From Candidatus Fervidifonticultor secundus (GTDB taxonomy: Bacteria > Sysuimicrobiota > Sysuimicrobiia > Sysuimicrobiales > Humicultoraceae), in the NCBI GenBank assembly GCA_031459385.1, contig JAVKIP010000005.1, forward strand, positions 1 to 64,000: a stretch of DNA of 64,000 nucleotides. Direction: 5' to 3'. The first letter of the stretch is position 1. Each line of letters starts with the position of its first letter. Shown one piece after another: positions 26,652 to 36,188 of the stretch. The notes below the pieces were generated by a model. The model worked only from the letters and a program-made list of their open reading frames with translations, was not told the origin of the DNA and ran no database searches. The position numbers were made by a program, and so were the translations under genes.

Positions 26652-27995
26652 TCACCCGGGCAGCCGGCGGAACTCTTCCAGTGCCCGGTCGATGAACGCG
26701 TCGGTACTCCCCAGGTAGTGCTCGACCGCCAGCGCGCGCACGAGCTGATCGGCCGGCAGCGCGGCCCGGATCTCCTCGTCTGCTGCGGCCGCGCGCTCCA
26801 GCGGCAGGCCCGCCCGTGTGGCAGTGTCGCAGACGCGCTGCACGACGCGGTAGGCCACCTCGCGCCCGAGCACCCCGGCCAGGGCCATCGTGAGGGCTTC
26901 GGCCATGATCTGGCCTCCGCCTGCAGCCAGGTTGGCCCGCATGCGCCCGGCATCCACGACGAGCCCGTCCAGTGCCCGGCGCACCCAGTCCACGGCTGCC
27001 GCCGTGCGCTCGAACAGTTCGGGCACCGCGGCCCACTCGGCCTGCCAGCCACCTGCCGCCCGCTCGTGCTCCTGCGCCGGCCAGGCCGCCAGCACCGTGG
27101 AGGCCATCCCCAGCGCCAGACGCGCGTTGGCCAGGGCGAACGTGGGCTCCACCGGGTTGCGCTTCTGCGGCATCGTAGACGACCGCGCCGCGCCGGCCTG
27201 GGCGCCGGTCGAGATCTCGCCGACCTCGGTCTGACTGAGCAGCGCCAGGTCGCCCGCGACCTTCGCGGCAGCGCCGGCGACGAGACCCAGCGCCGCGCCG
27301 ACCTCGCCCACGCGGTCGCGCTCGGCATGCCAGGGCAGGTCGGGCACGCCCAGGCCGAGCGCGCGGGCCACGAGTTCCATCACCCGCGGACCGTCGGGGC
27401 CGAGCGCGGCCAGGGTGCCGGCGGCGCCGCCCAGCTGCACCACCAGGACCCGCCCACGCGCCTCGCGCAGGCGCCCCACCAGCCGCACCACCAGCGCGAG
27501 CCACCGCGCCGCCTTCAGGCCAAAGGTGATGGGCACGGCGTGCTGGAGCAGCGTGCGGCCGGCCATGACTGTGCGCCGGTGCTCGTGCGCGAGCCCGGCG
27601 CAGACCTGGCCGACCGCGCGCAGCCCGCGCTCCAGCACATCGAGGCCCTCGCGCACCTGCAGGACCATGGCCGTATCCAGGACGTCCTGGCTCGTGGCGC
27701 CCCAGTGCACGAACCCCCGCGCGCTCGGCTCGACCAGCCCACCGAGCACGCGCACGAGTGGCACCGCCAGCGTCCCCGACGCGGCGGCTTCCTCGACGAG
27801 GGCCGGCACGTCGAAGAGGTCGGCGCGGCAGCGGGCGGCGATCGCCTCCGCGGCGCCTGCCGGGATCACGCCGACTGCGGCCTGGGCCCGGGCCAGCGCC
27901 GCCTCGAAGTCGAGCGCCCGCTGCACCAGCGCTGGCGCCGCGAAGACCGCCGCCATGGCGGGGGCGCGGAAGTACGCGAGGTCGCCGGCGGTCAC
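26652..27995 (-). CDS. pcaB: 3-carboxy-cis,cis-muconate cycloisomerase
   Basis: Fumarate-lyase superfamily motifs VHWGATSQD, GRTLLQHAVP, QLGGAAGTLA, SSTMPQKRNP and EHERAAGGWQAEW, in pca context. Confidence 0.92.
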   Translation of the reverse strand: MTAGDLAYFRAPAMAAVFAAPALVQRALDFEAALARAQAAVGVIPAGAAEAIAARCRADLFDVPALVEEAAASGTLAVPLVRVLGGLVEPSARGFVHWGATSQDVLDTAMVLQVREGLDVLERGLRAVGQVCAGLAHEHRRTVMAGRTLLQHAVPITFGLKAARWLALVVRLVGRLREARGRVLVVQLGGAAGTLAALGPDGPRVMELVARALGLGVPDLPWHAERDRVGEVGAALGLVAGAAAKVAGDLALLSQTEVGEISTGAQAGAARSSTMPQKRNPVEPTFALANARLALGMASTVLAAWPAQEHERAAGGWQAEWAAVPELFERTAAAVDWVRRALDGLVVDAGRMRANLAAGGGQIMAEALTMALAGVLGREVAYRVVQRVCDTATRAGLPLERAAAADEEIRAALPADQLVRALAVEHYLGSTDAFIDRALEEFRRLPG

Positions 27996-28759
27996 GTCGC
28001 CTGGGCCCCGGGCGCGGAGCGCGCGACGAGGTCGCGCAGCACGGCCAGTTCGTGCGGCTGCGGCGGGGGGGTCTCCTCCACCGTCGGGGCAAAGCGGACC
28101 GGCCACCCCGTGCGCTCGATGATCTGCTCCCGCGTCACCGCGGGATGCATCGACGTCACCACCAGCTCCCGGGTCCCGGGGTCCGGCCGCAGCAGGCAGA
28201 GGTCGGTGACGACGAGCGTCGGGCCCCGAGTCCGAAGCCCCAGCCGCGCCCGGGCATCGCCGCCCGCACCGTGGCCGACCGACGTGACGAAGTCTACCCG
28301 CGGCACGAACGCCCGGCGCGTGTGCGGCGTGATCACGAACACCTCATGGCAGTGGCTCGCGATCTCCGGCGCACCGCCGGCGCCGGGCAGGCGTACCTGC
28401 GGGTGGCTGTACGAGCCGATGACGGTGGTGTTGATGTTCCCGAAGCGGTCGATCTGCGCCGCGCCGAGGAAGCCGACAGTGATGCGGCCGCCCTGGAGCC
28501 AGTAGGCGAACATCTCCGGCACGGAGACCGTGGTCAGCGCGGTCTCGCACAGCTCGGGATCGCCGATCGACAGCGGCAGCACGGTGGGTCTGGTGGCGAT
28601 CGTACCGGACTCGTAGATCAGCACGATGTTGGGCGCGTGGGTCAGCCGGGCCAGGTTGCAGGCGGCCGAGGGCAGCCCGATGCCGACGAAGCAGATGTCG
28701 TCGTCGGCCAGCGCTCGCGCGGCGGCCACGGTCATCATCTCGGTGGGGGTGCAGTCCAT
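27992..28759 (-). CDS. CoA-transferase beta subunit (GctB/CatJ type; probable 3-oxoadipate CoA-transferase)
   Basis: EMMTVAAARAL, FVGIGLP, LIYESG, GFLGAAQIDRFGNINTT and LPGAGGAPEIA. Confidence 0.88.
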   Translation of the reverse strand: MDCTPTEMMTVAAARALADDDICFVGIGLPSAACNLARLTHAPNIVLIYESGTIATRPTVLPLSIGDPELCETALTTVSVPEMFAYWLQGGRITVGFLGAAQIDRFGNINTTVIGSYSHPQVRLPGAGGAPEIASHCHEVFVITPHTRRAFVPRVDFVTSVGHGAGGDARARLGLRTRGPTLVVTDLCLLRPDPGTRELVVTSMHPAVTREQIIERTGWPVRFAPTVEETPPPQPHELAVLRDLVARSAPGAQAT

Positions 28760-28762
28760 AGT

Positions 28763-29635
28763 CTACGCCGTGCCCGCCCCCCCTGCGCCCCGGCCCTGCG
28801 GTGCCGTAGCCTCCAGCACGTGCGCGCGCATCCAGGCCAGGAAGGTCTCCCGGTCCCGGGAGATGGCGTCCCAGGCGGCGTAGAACGCGTTGTCGCGGCG
28901 GTAGTAGCCGTGCGCGTACGACGGCCGCGCGCCGCCCGGGGCCACGGCGATGGCGTCGATCGTCCAGGCCGGCAGCACCACGGCGTTGGGGCCGCCCGCG
29001 CGCAGGTCGTCCACGACCTCCTCGACGGTGACCACGGCGCGCGCGGCGGCCAGAACCACTTCCTTCTGCACGCCGACGATGCCCTCCAGCAGGACGTTGC
29101 CCGCGCGGTCGGCGCGCTGGGCGTGCACGATGGCCACATCGGGCCGGATCGAGGGCACAGCCGCCAGAAGCTCGCCAGTGAACGGGCAGGTGATGAACCG
29201 GATCTGGGGGTTGACGCGTGCCAGGTCGGTGCCCGCATACGCCCGCAGCACCGCGCAGGGCAAGCCCGCCGCGCCGGCCGCGTAGGCCGCGGCCATGCCC
29301 GCATGGCTGTGCTCCTCCAGCGCCAGCGGGCGCGGCCAGCCGTGCTCGACGGCGTCGCGGAACCGGTGCAACGATCCCACTCCCGGATTCCCGCCCCACG
29401 AGAAGACCAGCCGGCGCGCGCAGCCCATGCCGATCAGCTGGTCGTAGAGCAGGTCGGGCGTCATGCGGTACAGGGTGAGGTCCCGCCGGCCCTGCCGGAT
29501 TACCTCGTGGCCGGCCGCGAAGGGGATCAGGTGCGTGAAGCCTTCCATCGCCACCGCGTCGCCGTCCCGGACGTACTCGGCGATCGCCTCCGGAAGGGGC
29601 AGGAAGCGGGCCCGGCGCCGGCGGCAGTGCTCCAT
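28763..29635 (-). CDS. CoA-transferase alpha subunit (GctA/CatI type; probable 3-oxoadipate CoA-transferase)
   Basis: EGFTHLIPFAAGHEVIRQ, RMTPDLLYDQLIG, FSWGGNPGVGSLHRFRDAVE and HAQRADRAGN. Confidence 0.88.
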   Translation of the reverse strand: MEHCRRRRARFLPLPEAIAEYVRDGDAVAMEGFTHLIPFAAGHEVIRQGRRDLTLYRMTPDLLYDQLIGMGCARRLVFSWGGNPGVGSLHRFRDAVEHGWPRPLALEEHSHAGMAAAYAAGAAGLPCAVLRAYAGTDLARVNPQIRFITCPFTGELLAAVPSIRPDVAIVHAQRADRAGNVLLEGIVGVQKEVVLAAARAVVTVEEVVDDLRAGGPNAVVLPAWTIDAIAVAPGGARPSYAHGYYRRDNAFYAAWDAISRDRETFLAWMRAHVLEATAPQGRGAGGAGTA

Positions 29636-30213
29636 CAGAACTCGAACGCAAAGAAGGCGGTCTCGCCGTCTCCCTGCAGCACGATGTCGAAGCGGTAGAC
29701 CGGTGGCACCCCGCCCGGCTGGCGGCGCGCGAGCAGCGTTTCGCGGCGCTGCGGGGGCACGAGGCGCAGGACGGGATCCGTGGCCGTCGCCGGGTCGTCA
29801 TCGAAGTACAGGCGCGTCCACAGGCAGTCCAGCAGGCCGCGCGCCGCGACCGCCACGTTGATGTGCGGCGCCTGCAGCACCTCGCCCCGGAACGGGACGG
29901 GGCCCGGCTTGATCGTCTCGAACCAGAAGAAGCCCGCCTCGTCGGTCCCCGCGCGCCCGAAGCCGACGAAGGCCGGGTCCAGCGGCACCGGGCGCTGATC
30001 CAGGGGGTGGCGGTACCGCCCGAAGGCGTTCGCCTGCCAGATCTCCACCATGGCATCGTGCACCGGCGCCCGGTCGCCGTCGTAGACATAGCCCTCCAGG
30101 CGGATGCGCTGCCCCTGGGTGTCCGGGCGCACCAGCACGTTCAGCCCCTCTCGCAGCAGACCGCCGTGGAAGAACGGTCCGACGGTCTGCGAGGGGGTCA
30201 GCCCGCGGCGCAT
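29635..30213 (-). CDS. pcaG: Protocatechuate 3,4-dioxygenase alpha subunit
   Basis: TPSQTVGPFF, EIWQANAFG, APHINV, ARGLL, TRLYF and YRFDIVLQGDGET. Confidence 0.93.
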   Translation of the reverse strand: MRRGLTPSQTVGPFFHGGLLREGLNVLVRPDTQGQRIRLEGYVYDGDRAPVHDAMVEIWQANAFGRYRHPLDQRPVPLDPAFVGFGRAGTDEAGFFWFETIKPGPVPFRGEVLQAPHINVAVAARGLLDCLWTRLYFDDDPATATDPVLRLVPPQRRETLLARRQPGGVPPVYRFDIVLQGDGETAFFAFEF

Positions 30214-30226
30214 GGCAGCCCGCGGC

Positions 30227-30949
30227 TCATGACGGCCGCGCGATAGCCTCGAAGGGCTCGAAGGGCGTCACCATCGGCCCGCGCAGCACGATGTCGAACC
30301 GGTAGCCCAGCGCGTACTCGGGCTGGGTCACGTCGTGCGCGTAGCGGGCGATGAGGCGGTCGCGGGCGCCGGCCGGCACCGCGTTGAAGATCGGATCCAG
30401 CGCCAGCAGCGGATCGCCAGGGAAGAACATCTGGGTGATCAGCCGCGATGTCCACGTGGGCCCGAACAGCGAGAAGTGGATGTGCGGCGGGCGCCAGGCG
30501 TTGGGATGGTTGAGCCACGGGTAGGCGCCCGGCCGGATGCTCACGAACCGGTAGACGCCGTCGGCATCGGTGAGGAACCGTCCCCACCCCAGGAAGTTCG
30601 GATCCAGCGGTGCGTGGTGCTGGTCGGCGCGGTGGCGGTAGCGGCCCGCGGCATTGGCCTGCCAGATCTCCACCAGCGTGCCGGGCATGGGCGCGCCGCG
30701 CTCGTCCAGCACCCGCCCGGTCACGATGATCCGCTCGCCGATGGCCTCCTGGCCGGTGCCCATGTTGCGCGTCAGATCGGCGTCGTCGACGTGGACGACG
30801 CTCAGCTCGGGTCCCGGGCCGGTGAGCTCGGAGAGCGTGGGCGGCAGCGGCACCAGCGGCTGGCGCGGCGACCGCTTGATCGTGGCGCGGTAGGCTTCAT
30901 AGTAATACGGCGGAAAGACGTCAGGATCTCGCCGCGAGACCGTGCTCAT
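30227..30949 (-). CDS. pcaH: Protocatechuate 3,4-dioxygenase beta subunit
   Basis: IGERIIVTGRV, EIWQANAAGRYRH, PGAYPW.NHPNAWRPPHIHFS (Fe ligands) and GDPL. Confidence 0.94.
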   Translation of the reverse strand: MSTVSRRDPDVFPPYYYEAYRATIKRSPRQPLVPLPPTLSELTGPGPELSVVHVDDADLTRNMGTGQEAIGERIIVTGRVLDERGAPMPGTLVEIWQANAAGRYRHRADQHHAPLDPNFLGWGRFLTDADGVYRFVSIRPGAYPWLNHPNAWRPPHIHFSLFGPTWTSRLITQMFFPGDPLLALDPIFNAVPAGARDRLIARYAHDVTQPEYALGYRFDIVLRGPMVTPFEPFEAIARPS

Positions 30950-31365
30950 CGTCCGCTCCCCTCGGGCGCTGCCGCGCCACCTCCCCCCGGCCCGGGCGGT
31001 GCCGCCTCCGCCAGTTCCGCCCTGGCCAGCCCGAAGGCCCAGTTCGCCGCCGGCACCCCGGCGTAGACCGCCACGTGCAGCAGCGCCTCGGCGATCTCCC
31101 GGGGATCGACGCCGGTGTTCCGGCTGGCCCGCAAGTGCAGCGCCAGTTCCTCGCGGCCCAGCGCCGCCAGGATCGCGATCGTCACCAGGCTGCGCGTCCG
31201 TCGGTCCAGGCCGGGCCGCGCCCACACGCTGCCCCAGGCGGTCTCGGTGATGAACCGCTGGAAGTCGGCGTCGAACGGCGTCTGCCGGGCCTCGGCCCGC
31301 GCCACGTGCTCGGCGCCCAGCACCTCGATGCGCACTTTGCGCCCGATCTCGTACCGGGACTCCAT
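30946..31365 (-). CDS. pcaC: 4-carboxymuconolactone decarboxylase
   Basis: FQRFITETAWGSVWARPGLDRRTRSLVTIAIL and HVAVYAGVPAAN. Confidence 0.92.
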   Translation of the reverse strand: MESRYEIGRKVRIEVLGAEHVARAEARQTPFDADFQRFITETAWGSVWARPGLDRRTRSLVTIAILAALGREELALHLRASRNTGVDPREIAEALLHVAVYAGVPAANWAFGLARAELAEAAPPGPGGGGAAAPEGSGR

Positions 31366-31438
31366 CCCTGCCCCCCACGCGCGACGGCGCGACGGCGTGC
31401 AGTCTGTTTCGCGGGACCGCCTCGCGCCTCCTGGCCGC

Positions 31439-32152
31439 TCACGATCCCCCGGACGCGCCGGCCCGCCGCGCCAGGTACGCCCACGCCTGGTGCACCTGCG
31501 CCGGGGAGTAGCAGTGTGCCCGCTTGGCCAGCGCCTCGCCGTCGCTGGACCACGTGCGCAGCTCGCCCGCGGAGGCGGCCAGCAGCTGTTTCCAGCACGC
31601 CCGCTCCAGCAGCACGGCGCTCATCACGGCCGTCTCCAGGTCCTCGCCCGCGGTCACGATGCCGTGGTGCACCATGAGCGCGGCGTTCCGTGTCCCCACG
31701 GTCGCGGCCAGCGCCCGTCCCAGCTCGCGGGTGAGGATCAGGTCGCCGGTCAGCGTGAAGCGCGCGATATCGGGCGGCACGAAGAACGTCCCCTCGTGCG
31801 AGATCGGCCGCAGGGGCTGCGCCAGGGCCGCGAACGCCACCGCGTACGGCGCATGGGTGTGGCAGACCGCCTGCACGTCGGGGCGCGCGCGCATGAGCTC
31901 GGTGTGGATGGGGTACTCGCTGTGCCGCGTGCCCTCGCCTGCCAGCACCTCGCCGTTCCACCCCACGAGCAGGACGCGGGCGGGCGTGACCTCCTCGAAC
32001 GCCCACCCCGACGCCTTCATCCACACGCCGCGCCCGCCCGGATCCCGCAGCGACACGTGGCCCCAGATCAGGTCCCCGTGATCCTCCAGGGCGAGGATGC
32101 GGGACGCCAGGGCCACGCGCTCGCGCATCTCGTCGTCGCGAATGCGACTCAC
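31439..32152 (-). CDS. Class II aldolase/adducin-family protein (possible aromatic decarboxylase)
   Basis: GHVSLR, SEYPIHTELMRARPDV, VCHTH and MVHHG metal motifs. GTG start after CAGGAG. Confidence 0.85.
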   Translation of the reverse strand: MSRIRDDEMRERVALASRILALEDHGDLIWGHVSLRDPGGRGVWMKASGWAFEEVTPARVLLVGWNGEVLAGEGTRHSEYPIHTELMRARPDVQAVCHTHAPYAVAFAALAQPLRPISHEGTFFVPPDIARFTLTGDLILTRELGRALAATVGTRNAALMVHHGIVTAGEDLETAVMSAVLLERACWKQLLAASAGELRTWSSDGEALAKRAHCYSPAQVHQAWAYLARRAGASGGS

Positions 32153-32183
32153 CTCCTGTGGACGCGGGCCCTGCCGGCCCGCA

Positions 32184-32882
32184 TCATCGCCCGCCTCCGA
32201 CCAGCAGCAGTCCCGCGGCCAGGCTCGCCGCGCCCGCCGCCTGCTGCACGAGCCGCCGCGCGCCGGCCGCGCGCGACGAGGCCCGGAGCGCCGGCCACAG
32301 GGCCAGGGCACCGACCGCGACCATACCGGCCAGGCTCCCGGTCGCGAACAGCCCCAGGGATGCGGCGGCGCGCGGCGACGGCGCCGCCACGGCCACCGCC
32401 GCCACCGCGGCCCCGCTGCCCGCCAGCCCGTGGAGGCTCCCCACCAGGTACGCGGCCAGCGGCGCGTGCATCCAGCGCGGCGCCGTCGGATGGGCGTGCC
32501 CGGGGCCGTGGCGGTGCACGTGGAAGTGCGTGTGCACCATACCCGGGGCGTGCGCGTGCGTGTGCACGTGCAGGCGCTCGCGTCGCGCCCGCGCCAGGGT
32601 GAGCGCGCCCAGCAGGATCATCACAGCACCGGCGGCAACGTCGGCGCGGGCCGCGAGCCAGCCGGGCAGGCTCCGGCCCGATGCCGCCAGGAGCACGCCG
32701 GCTGCGGCCACCACCGTGGCATGCCCGGCGCCCCAGGCCACGGCCACACGCAGGACCTCGCCGCGGCTGCGGCCGTGGGCCGCCATCGTCGACACCGCGG
32801 CGAGGTGGTCCGGCTCCAGCGCATGCCGGGCGCCCAGCAGCAGCCCGTACGTCAGCACCAGCACGTCGTCGACGGGCATCAC
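32184..32882 (-). CDS. Nickel/cobalt transporter-like membrane protein (UreH/HoxN/RcnA-like)
   Basis: GARHALEPDHLAAV signature, WGAGH, His-rich loop HVHTHAH...HTHFHVH and GSLHGLAGS. Confidence 0.82.
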   Translation of the reverse strand: MMPVDDVLVLTYGLLLGARHALEPDHLAAVSTMAAHGRSRGEVLRVAVAWGAGHATVVAAAGVLLAASGRSLPGWLAARADVAAGAVMILLGALTLARARRERLHVHTHAHAPGMVHTHFHVHRHGPGHAHPTAPRWMHAPLAAYLVGSLHGLAGSGAAVAAVAVAAPSPRAAASLGLFATGSLAGMVAVGALALWPALRASSRAAGARRLVQQAAGAASLAAGLLLVGGGR

Positions 32883-34102
32883 GGGCGCCGTCCCTGGGGG
32901 AGATCTGCGGGCACAGGCCGGCGGTAGAAGTCGTCGTCCATCCGGCTCGCCCCGCCCTCCTGGCGCAGCATCGCCTCCCAGTCCTGCCGGATGAACGGGT
33001 CCTCCTCCCAGTAGGGAATCGCGCTGCCGCCCTCATCGAGGTGCATCGCGTTCCTGTCGAGCACCTCTTCCCCGGGCCGGCCGGGCTCGCGGCCGGTGCC
33101 GCGGCCGAACGGCCCGAACCAGGCCATCAGGCGCAGCGGCTCCCGGCCGACGCCGAAGTGCTGGTGGAACCACTGGCCGCCCATAGGCGCTGCGCTCACC
33201 ATGCCCACAGGCTCGTAGTCCTGGCGCACTACGCGGCTGGCCTGCCCCGTGGTCCAGGGCCGCGGGCCCACCTCGCGGGGCCACGCGTACGTGTACCCTT
33301 TCCCCTTGATGCAGATCAGCACCGCCGCCGACTCGTGGGCGTGTGCCTTCGAGTACCGGCCGGTCTCGTGCTGGCCGATCCACAGGTAGAAGACGTTTCG
33401 GTCCAGGTGGGGCTCCAGGCGTCGGAACCCGGGCGAGCGGCGGTTGTCGAGCGGCAGCGGGCAGTTGACCGCATCGGGAACGATGTTGGTGCGCACCATG
33501 GCCAGCCCGCGGAACGGGTCGGGCTCGATCTCCTGGAGGTTCGCCCGGTAGTAACCAGCGCCGCCGTCGTAGCGGTCGCGGAACGCATACGGGCAGTTGA
33601 AGACGAAGTCGGCGTTGCCGAACAGGTTCATGACGGCCGGCGCAGTGGTGCCCACCAGCAGCAGCGCCGGTCCCGACGCCATGCTGTTGATCAGGCGATG
33701 CGAGGTGTTCAAGGGGATCGTGAACAGCGACCCGGGCTGCCACTCGACGACCTCGCGGCTGCCGCCGTCGTCGGTCCACACCTCGGCGGCGCCGCGGCCC
33801 TCGACGACGAAGATCACTTCCTCATAGAGGTGGCGCTCGGGCTGCAGGGCCTCCGCGGGCGGGATCTCCACCACGTAGCATCCCCACAGGCCCTCGGTGC
33901 CGTAGAGCTGGATGAACGCGCCCCGTCCGCCCAGGCGGCGCCAGGCCCCCAGCGGCAGCTCCTGCACCCGCCGCACGCCGATGCCGCGGTGCACCGGGAT
34001 GCCTTCGGCTTCCATGAACAGGTCGTAGGGCGCGGGCGGGCGCTTCCATCGCCCCCAGCCGGCCCGCTGGTCTCCTGAGGGCTCCCGCCAGGGTCCGGTC
34101 AT
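32879..34102 (-). CDS. Bicupin protein 1 (function unknown)
   Basis: Two cupin units: ERHLYEE...PLNTSHRL and KAHAHES...WFHQHF. ATG after GAGGAG. Confidence 0.85.
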   Translation of the reverse strand: MTGPWREPSGDQRAGWGRWKRPPAPYDLFMEAEGIPVHRGIGVRRVQELPLGAWRRLGGRGAFIQLYGTEGLWGCYVVEIPPAEALQPERHLYEEVIFVVEGRGAAEVWTDDGGSREVVEWQPGSLFTIPLNTSHRLINSMASGPALLLVGTTAPAVMNLFGNADFVFNCPYAFRDRYDGGAGYYRANLQEIEPDPFRGLAMVRTNIVPDAVNCPLPLDNRRSPGFRRLEPHLDRNVFYLWIGQHETGRYSKAHAHESAAVLICIKGKGYTYAWPREVGPRPWTTGQASRVVRQDYEPVGMVSAAPMGGQWFHQHFGVGREPLRLMAWFGPFGRGTGREPGRPGEEVLDRNAMHLDEGGSAIPYWEEDPFIRQDWEAMLRQEGGASRMDDDFYRRPVPADLPQGRRP

Positions 34103-34173
34103 CGGTCTCCTCGCCACGTCAGCGCGTCAGAGGATCGCCGCAGCATCGCGATGCTTCGACCCCCTGTGCCCGC

Positions 34174-34653
34174 TTACCGGAGCAGCGCCCCCCACAGCCA
34201 TCCGTCGGCGAACGGCAGGTGGAGCAGCCGCACGAACAGCAACCAGAACCCCAGCCAGGCCAGGACCGGCATCGCCAGCGAAACCGCCCACCCTTCCCGG
34301 GCCTGGCCGCGCAGGTAGGCGAAGACGAACAGCGGCACCGCCCGCGGGAACCCCACCAGCGCGATGGCCAGGAAGAACCCGCCCATCCAGGCCACCATGG
34401 TCAGGGTGCGGCGCAGTGCCACCGCTGGAGGCACATCTCGAGAGAGCTCGACGTCCATCGCCTCCCGTGGATGGGCGTCGTCCTGGCGGCGCAGGCACAG
34501 CACGGCCTCGGCGGCGGCCAGCGCCAGGAGGGGGACGCCGATGACGCGCGGGTACAGCGCGGTCTTGATGGGCCACGACGCCGTCTCCGCCAGCGCCCAG
34601 GCCGCCAGCAGCGCCACCGCCGTGGCGAAGACCGCGTGGCCGCTAGGTCGCAT
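34174..34653 (-). CDS. Tripartite tricarboxylate transporter small membrane subunit (TctB family)
   Basis: Four TM helices, early YP motif, C-terminal LF..LLHLPF.DG, adjacent to TctA. Confidence 0.8.
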   Translation of the reverse strand: MRPSGHAVFATAVALLAAWALAETASWPIKTALYPRVIGVPLLALAAAEAVLCLRRQDDAHPREAMDVELSRDVPPAVALRRTLTMVAWMGGFFLAIALVGFPRAVPLFVFAYLRGQAREGWAVSLAMPVLAWLGFWLLFVRLLHLPFADGWLWGALLR

Positions 34654-36163
34654 GGACGGCCTCCGCCGCGGTCCGGCGGTGCCCCCGGCGCTGCTGGAGC
34701 AACGTGGACAGCACGACGCCCGCCACCAGCACCATCAGCGCCACGACGACCGGGCGTCCCAGCCACGCCGCGCCATAGCGCGCCACCGAGATCCACAGGT
34801 AGCGCTCCGCCACGTCGCCCAGCACGAGACCCAGCACCAGCGGCGCCCGGGGCCACTGGTAGCGGACCATCAGGTACCCGAGCGCTCCGAAGGCGAGCAT
34901 CACGACCACATCGCCCAGGCTGTTGTTGGCCGTGTAGGCGCCGACGAACGTCAGCAGCACCAGCACCGGGATCAGCAGCGTCCCGCGGATGGTCGTCAGA
35001 CGGGCCAGGTGATGCAGGAACACCAGGCAGACGGCGACGGTGACGATGTTGGCCAGCACGATCGTCCAGACCATCGAGAGGGTGACGTTGAGGTGCCGGG
35101 TGAGCATATCGGGCCCCGGCGTCAGGCCCACCAGGAAGAACCCGCCGAGCAGGATGGCCATCGCCGAGCTGCCCGGCACTCCGAACGCCACCGTCGGGAT
35201 CAGCGCGCCGCCCTCCTTGGAGTTGTTGGCGGCGCCAGGCCCCAGCACGCCGCGCACGTCGCCCGTGCCGAAGGCCGCCCGCTCGTGTGGCGAGCGGACG
35301 CTCTGGGCGGCGTGCGCGTAGGCCAGCCACTGGGCGACACCGCCGCCCAGCCCCGGGATGATGCCGATGTACGTGCCGATCAGGCTGCAGCGGATGGTGA
35401 GCCAGAAGTGCCGGAACACATCGCGCACTCCGGCGGCCACGCCCGCCAGCCGTCCGGCCGGTGCCTGGCCGGCGATCGCCGTGCCCCGCACGGCCAGGTC
35501 GATGATCTCGGGGATCGCAAAGAAACCCACCAGCACTGGCACCAGGTCCAGGCCGTCCCACAGGTAGAGCGTGCCCAGCGTGTACCGGTGGTTGCCCGCC
35601 TGGGGATCCGAGCCGACGGCGGCGATCATCAGCCCCAGCGCGCCTGCCAGGAACCCCCGCAGCATCGCCCGGGGGCTGCGGCCGCTGAGGGACGCGATGA
35701 ACGCGATCCCCAGCACCGCCAGCATGAACAGTTCGGGCGAGCCGAACGTCAGCACCAGGGGCCGCACCACCGGGATCGCCGCCGCCAGCGCCGCGGCGCC
35801 GACCACCGCACCCACCAGCGAGGATCCCAGCGCGGCGCCCAGCGCGCGGCCCGCCTCGCCCCGCTTGGCCATGGCGTGGCCGTCGAGGACCGTGGCGGCC
35901 GTGGTCCCCTCGCCGGGGATGCCGAAGAGGATCGAGGTGATGTCCCCGGTGGTGGCCACCACGGCGTGCATTCCCAGCAGGAACGCGAAGGCCGCCACCG
36001 GCTCCATGCGGTAGACGAAGGGCAGCATCAGGGCCAGCGTGGTGCCCCCGCCCAGGCCAGGGAGGAGCCCGACCCAGAAGCCCACGGCGATGCCGATGAG
36101 CATGAAGCGCAGGGCCTGCCACTGGAGGACCTCGACGAGCGCCTGCAGCAGGGCTTCAAGCAT
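34643..36163 (-). CDS. Tripartite tricarboxylate transporter large membrane subunit (TctA family)
   Basis: GLLPGLGG, SILFGIPG, DGHAMAKRGEAGRAL and ANNSKEGGALIPTVAFGVPGS. Confidence 0.92.
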   Translation of the reverse strand: MLEALLQALVEVLQWQALRFMLIGIAVGFWVGLLPGLGGGTTLALMLPFVYRMEPVAAFAFLLGMHAVVATTGDITSILFGIPGEGTTAATVLDGHAMAKRGEAGRALGAALGSSLVGAVVGAAALAAAIPVVRPLVLTFGSPELFMLAVLGIAFIASLSGRSPRAMLRGFLAGALGLMIAAVGSDPQAGNHRYTLGTLYLWDGLDLVPVLVGFFAIPEIIDLAVRGTAIAGQAPAGRLAGVAAGVRDVFRHFWLTIRCSLIGTYIGIIPGLGGGVAQWLAYAHAAQSVRSPHERAAFGTGDVRGVLGPGAANNSKEGGALIPTVAFGVPGSSAMAILLGGFFLVGLTPGPDMLTRHLNVTLSMVWTIVLANIVTVAVCLVFLHHLARLTTIRGTLLIPVLVLLTFVGAYTANNSLGDVVVMLAFGALGYLMVRYQWPRAPLVLGLVLGDVAERYLWISVARYGAAWLGRPVVVALMVLVAGVVLSTLLQQRRGHRRTAAEAVHAT

Positions 36164-36188
36164 GCCCGGTGCGCGCCCCGACGCGCGC

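Noticed and set aside
32184..32882. Urease or hydrogenase accessory cluster
   Set aside because: No structural or other maturation genes nearby.
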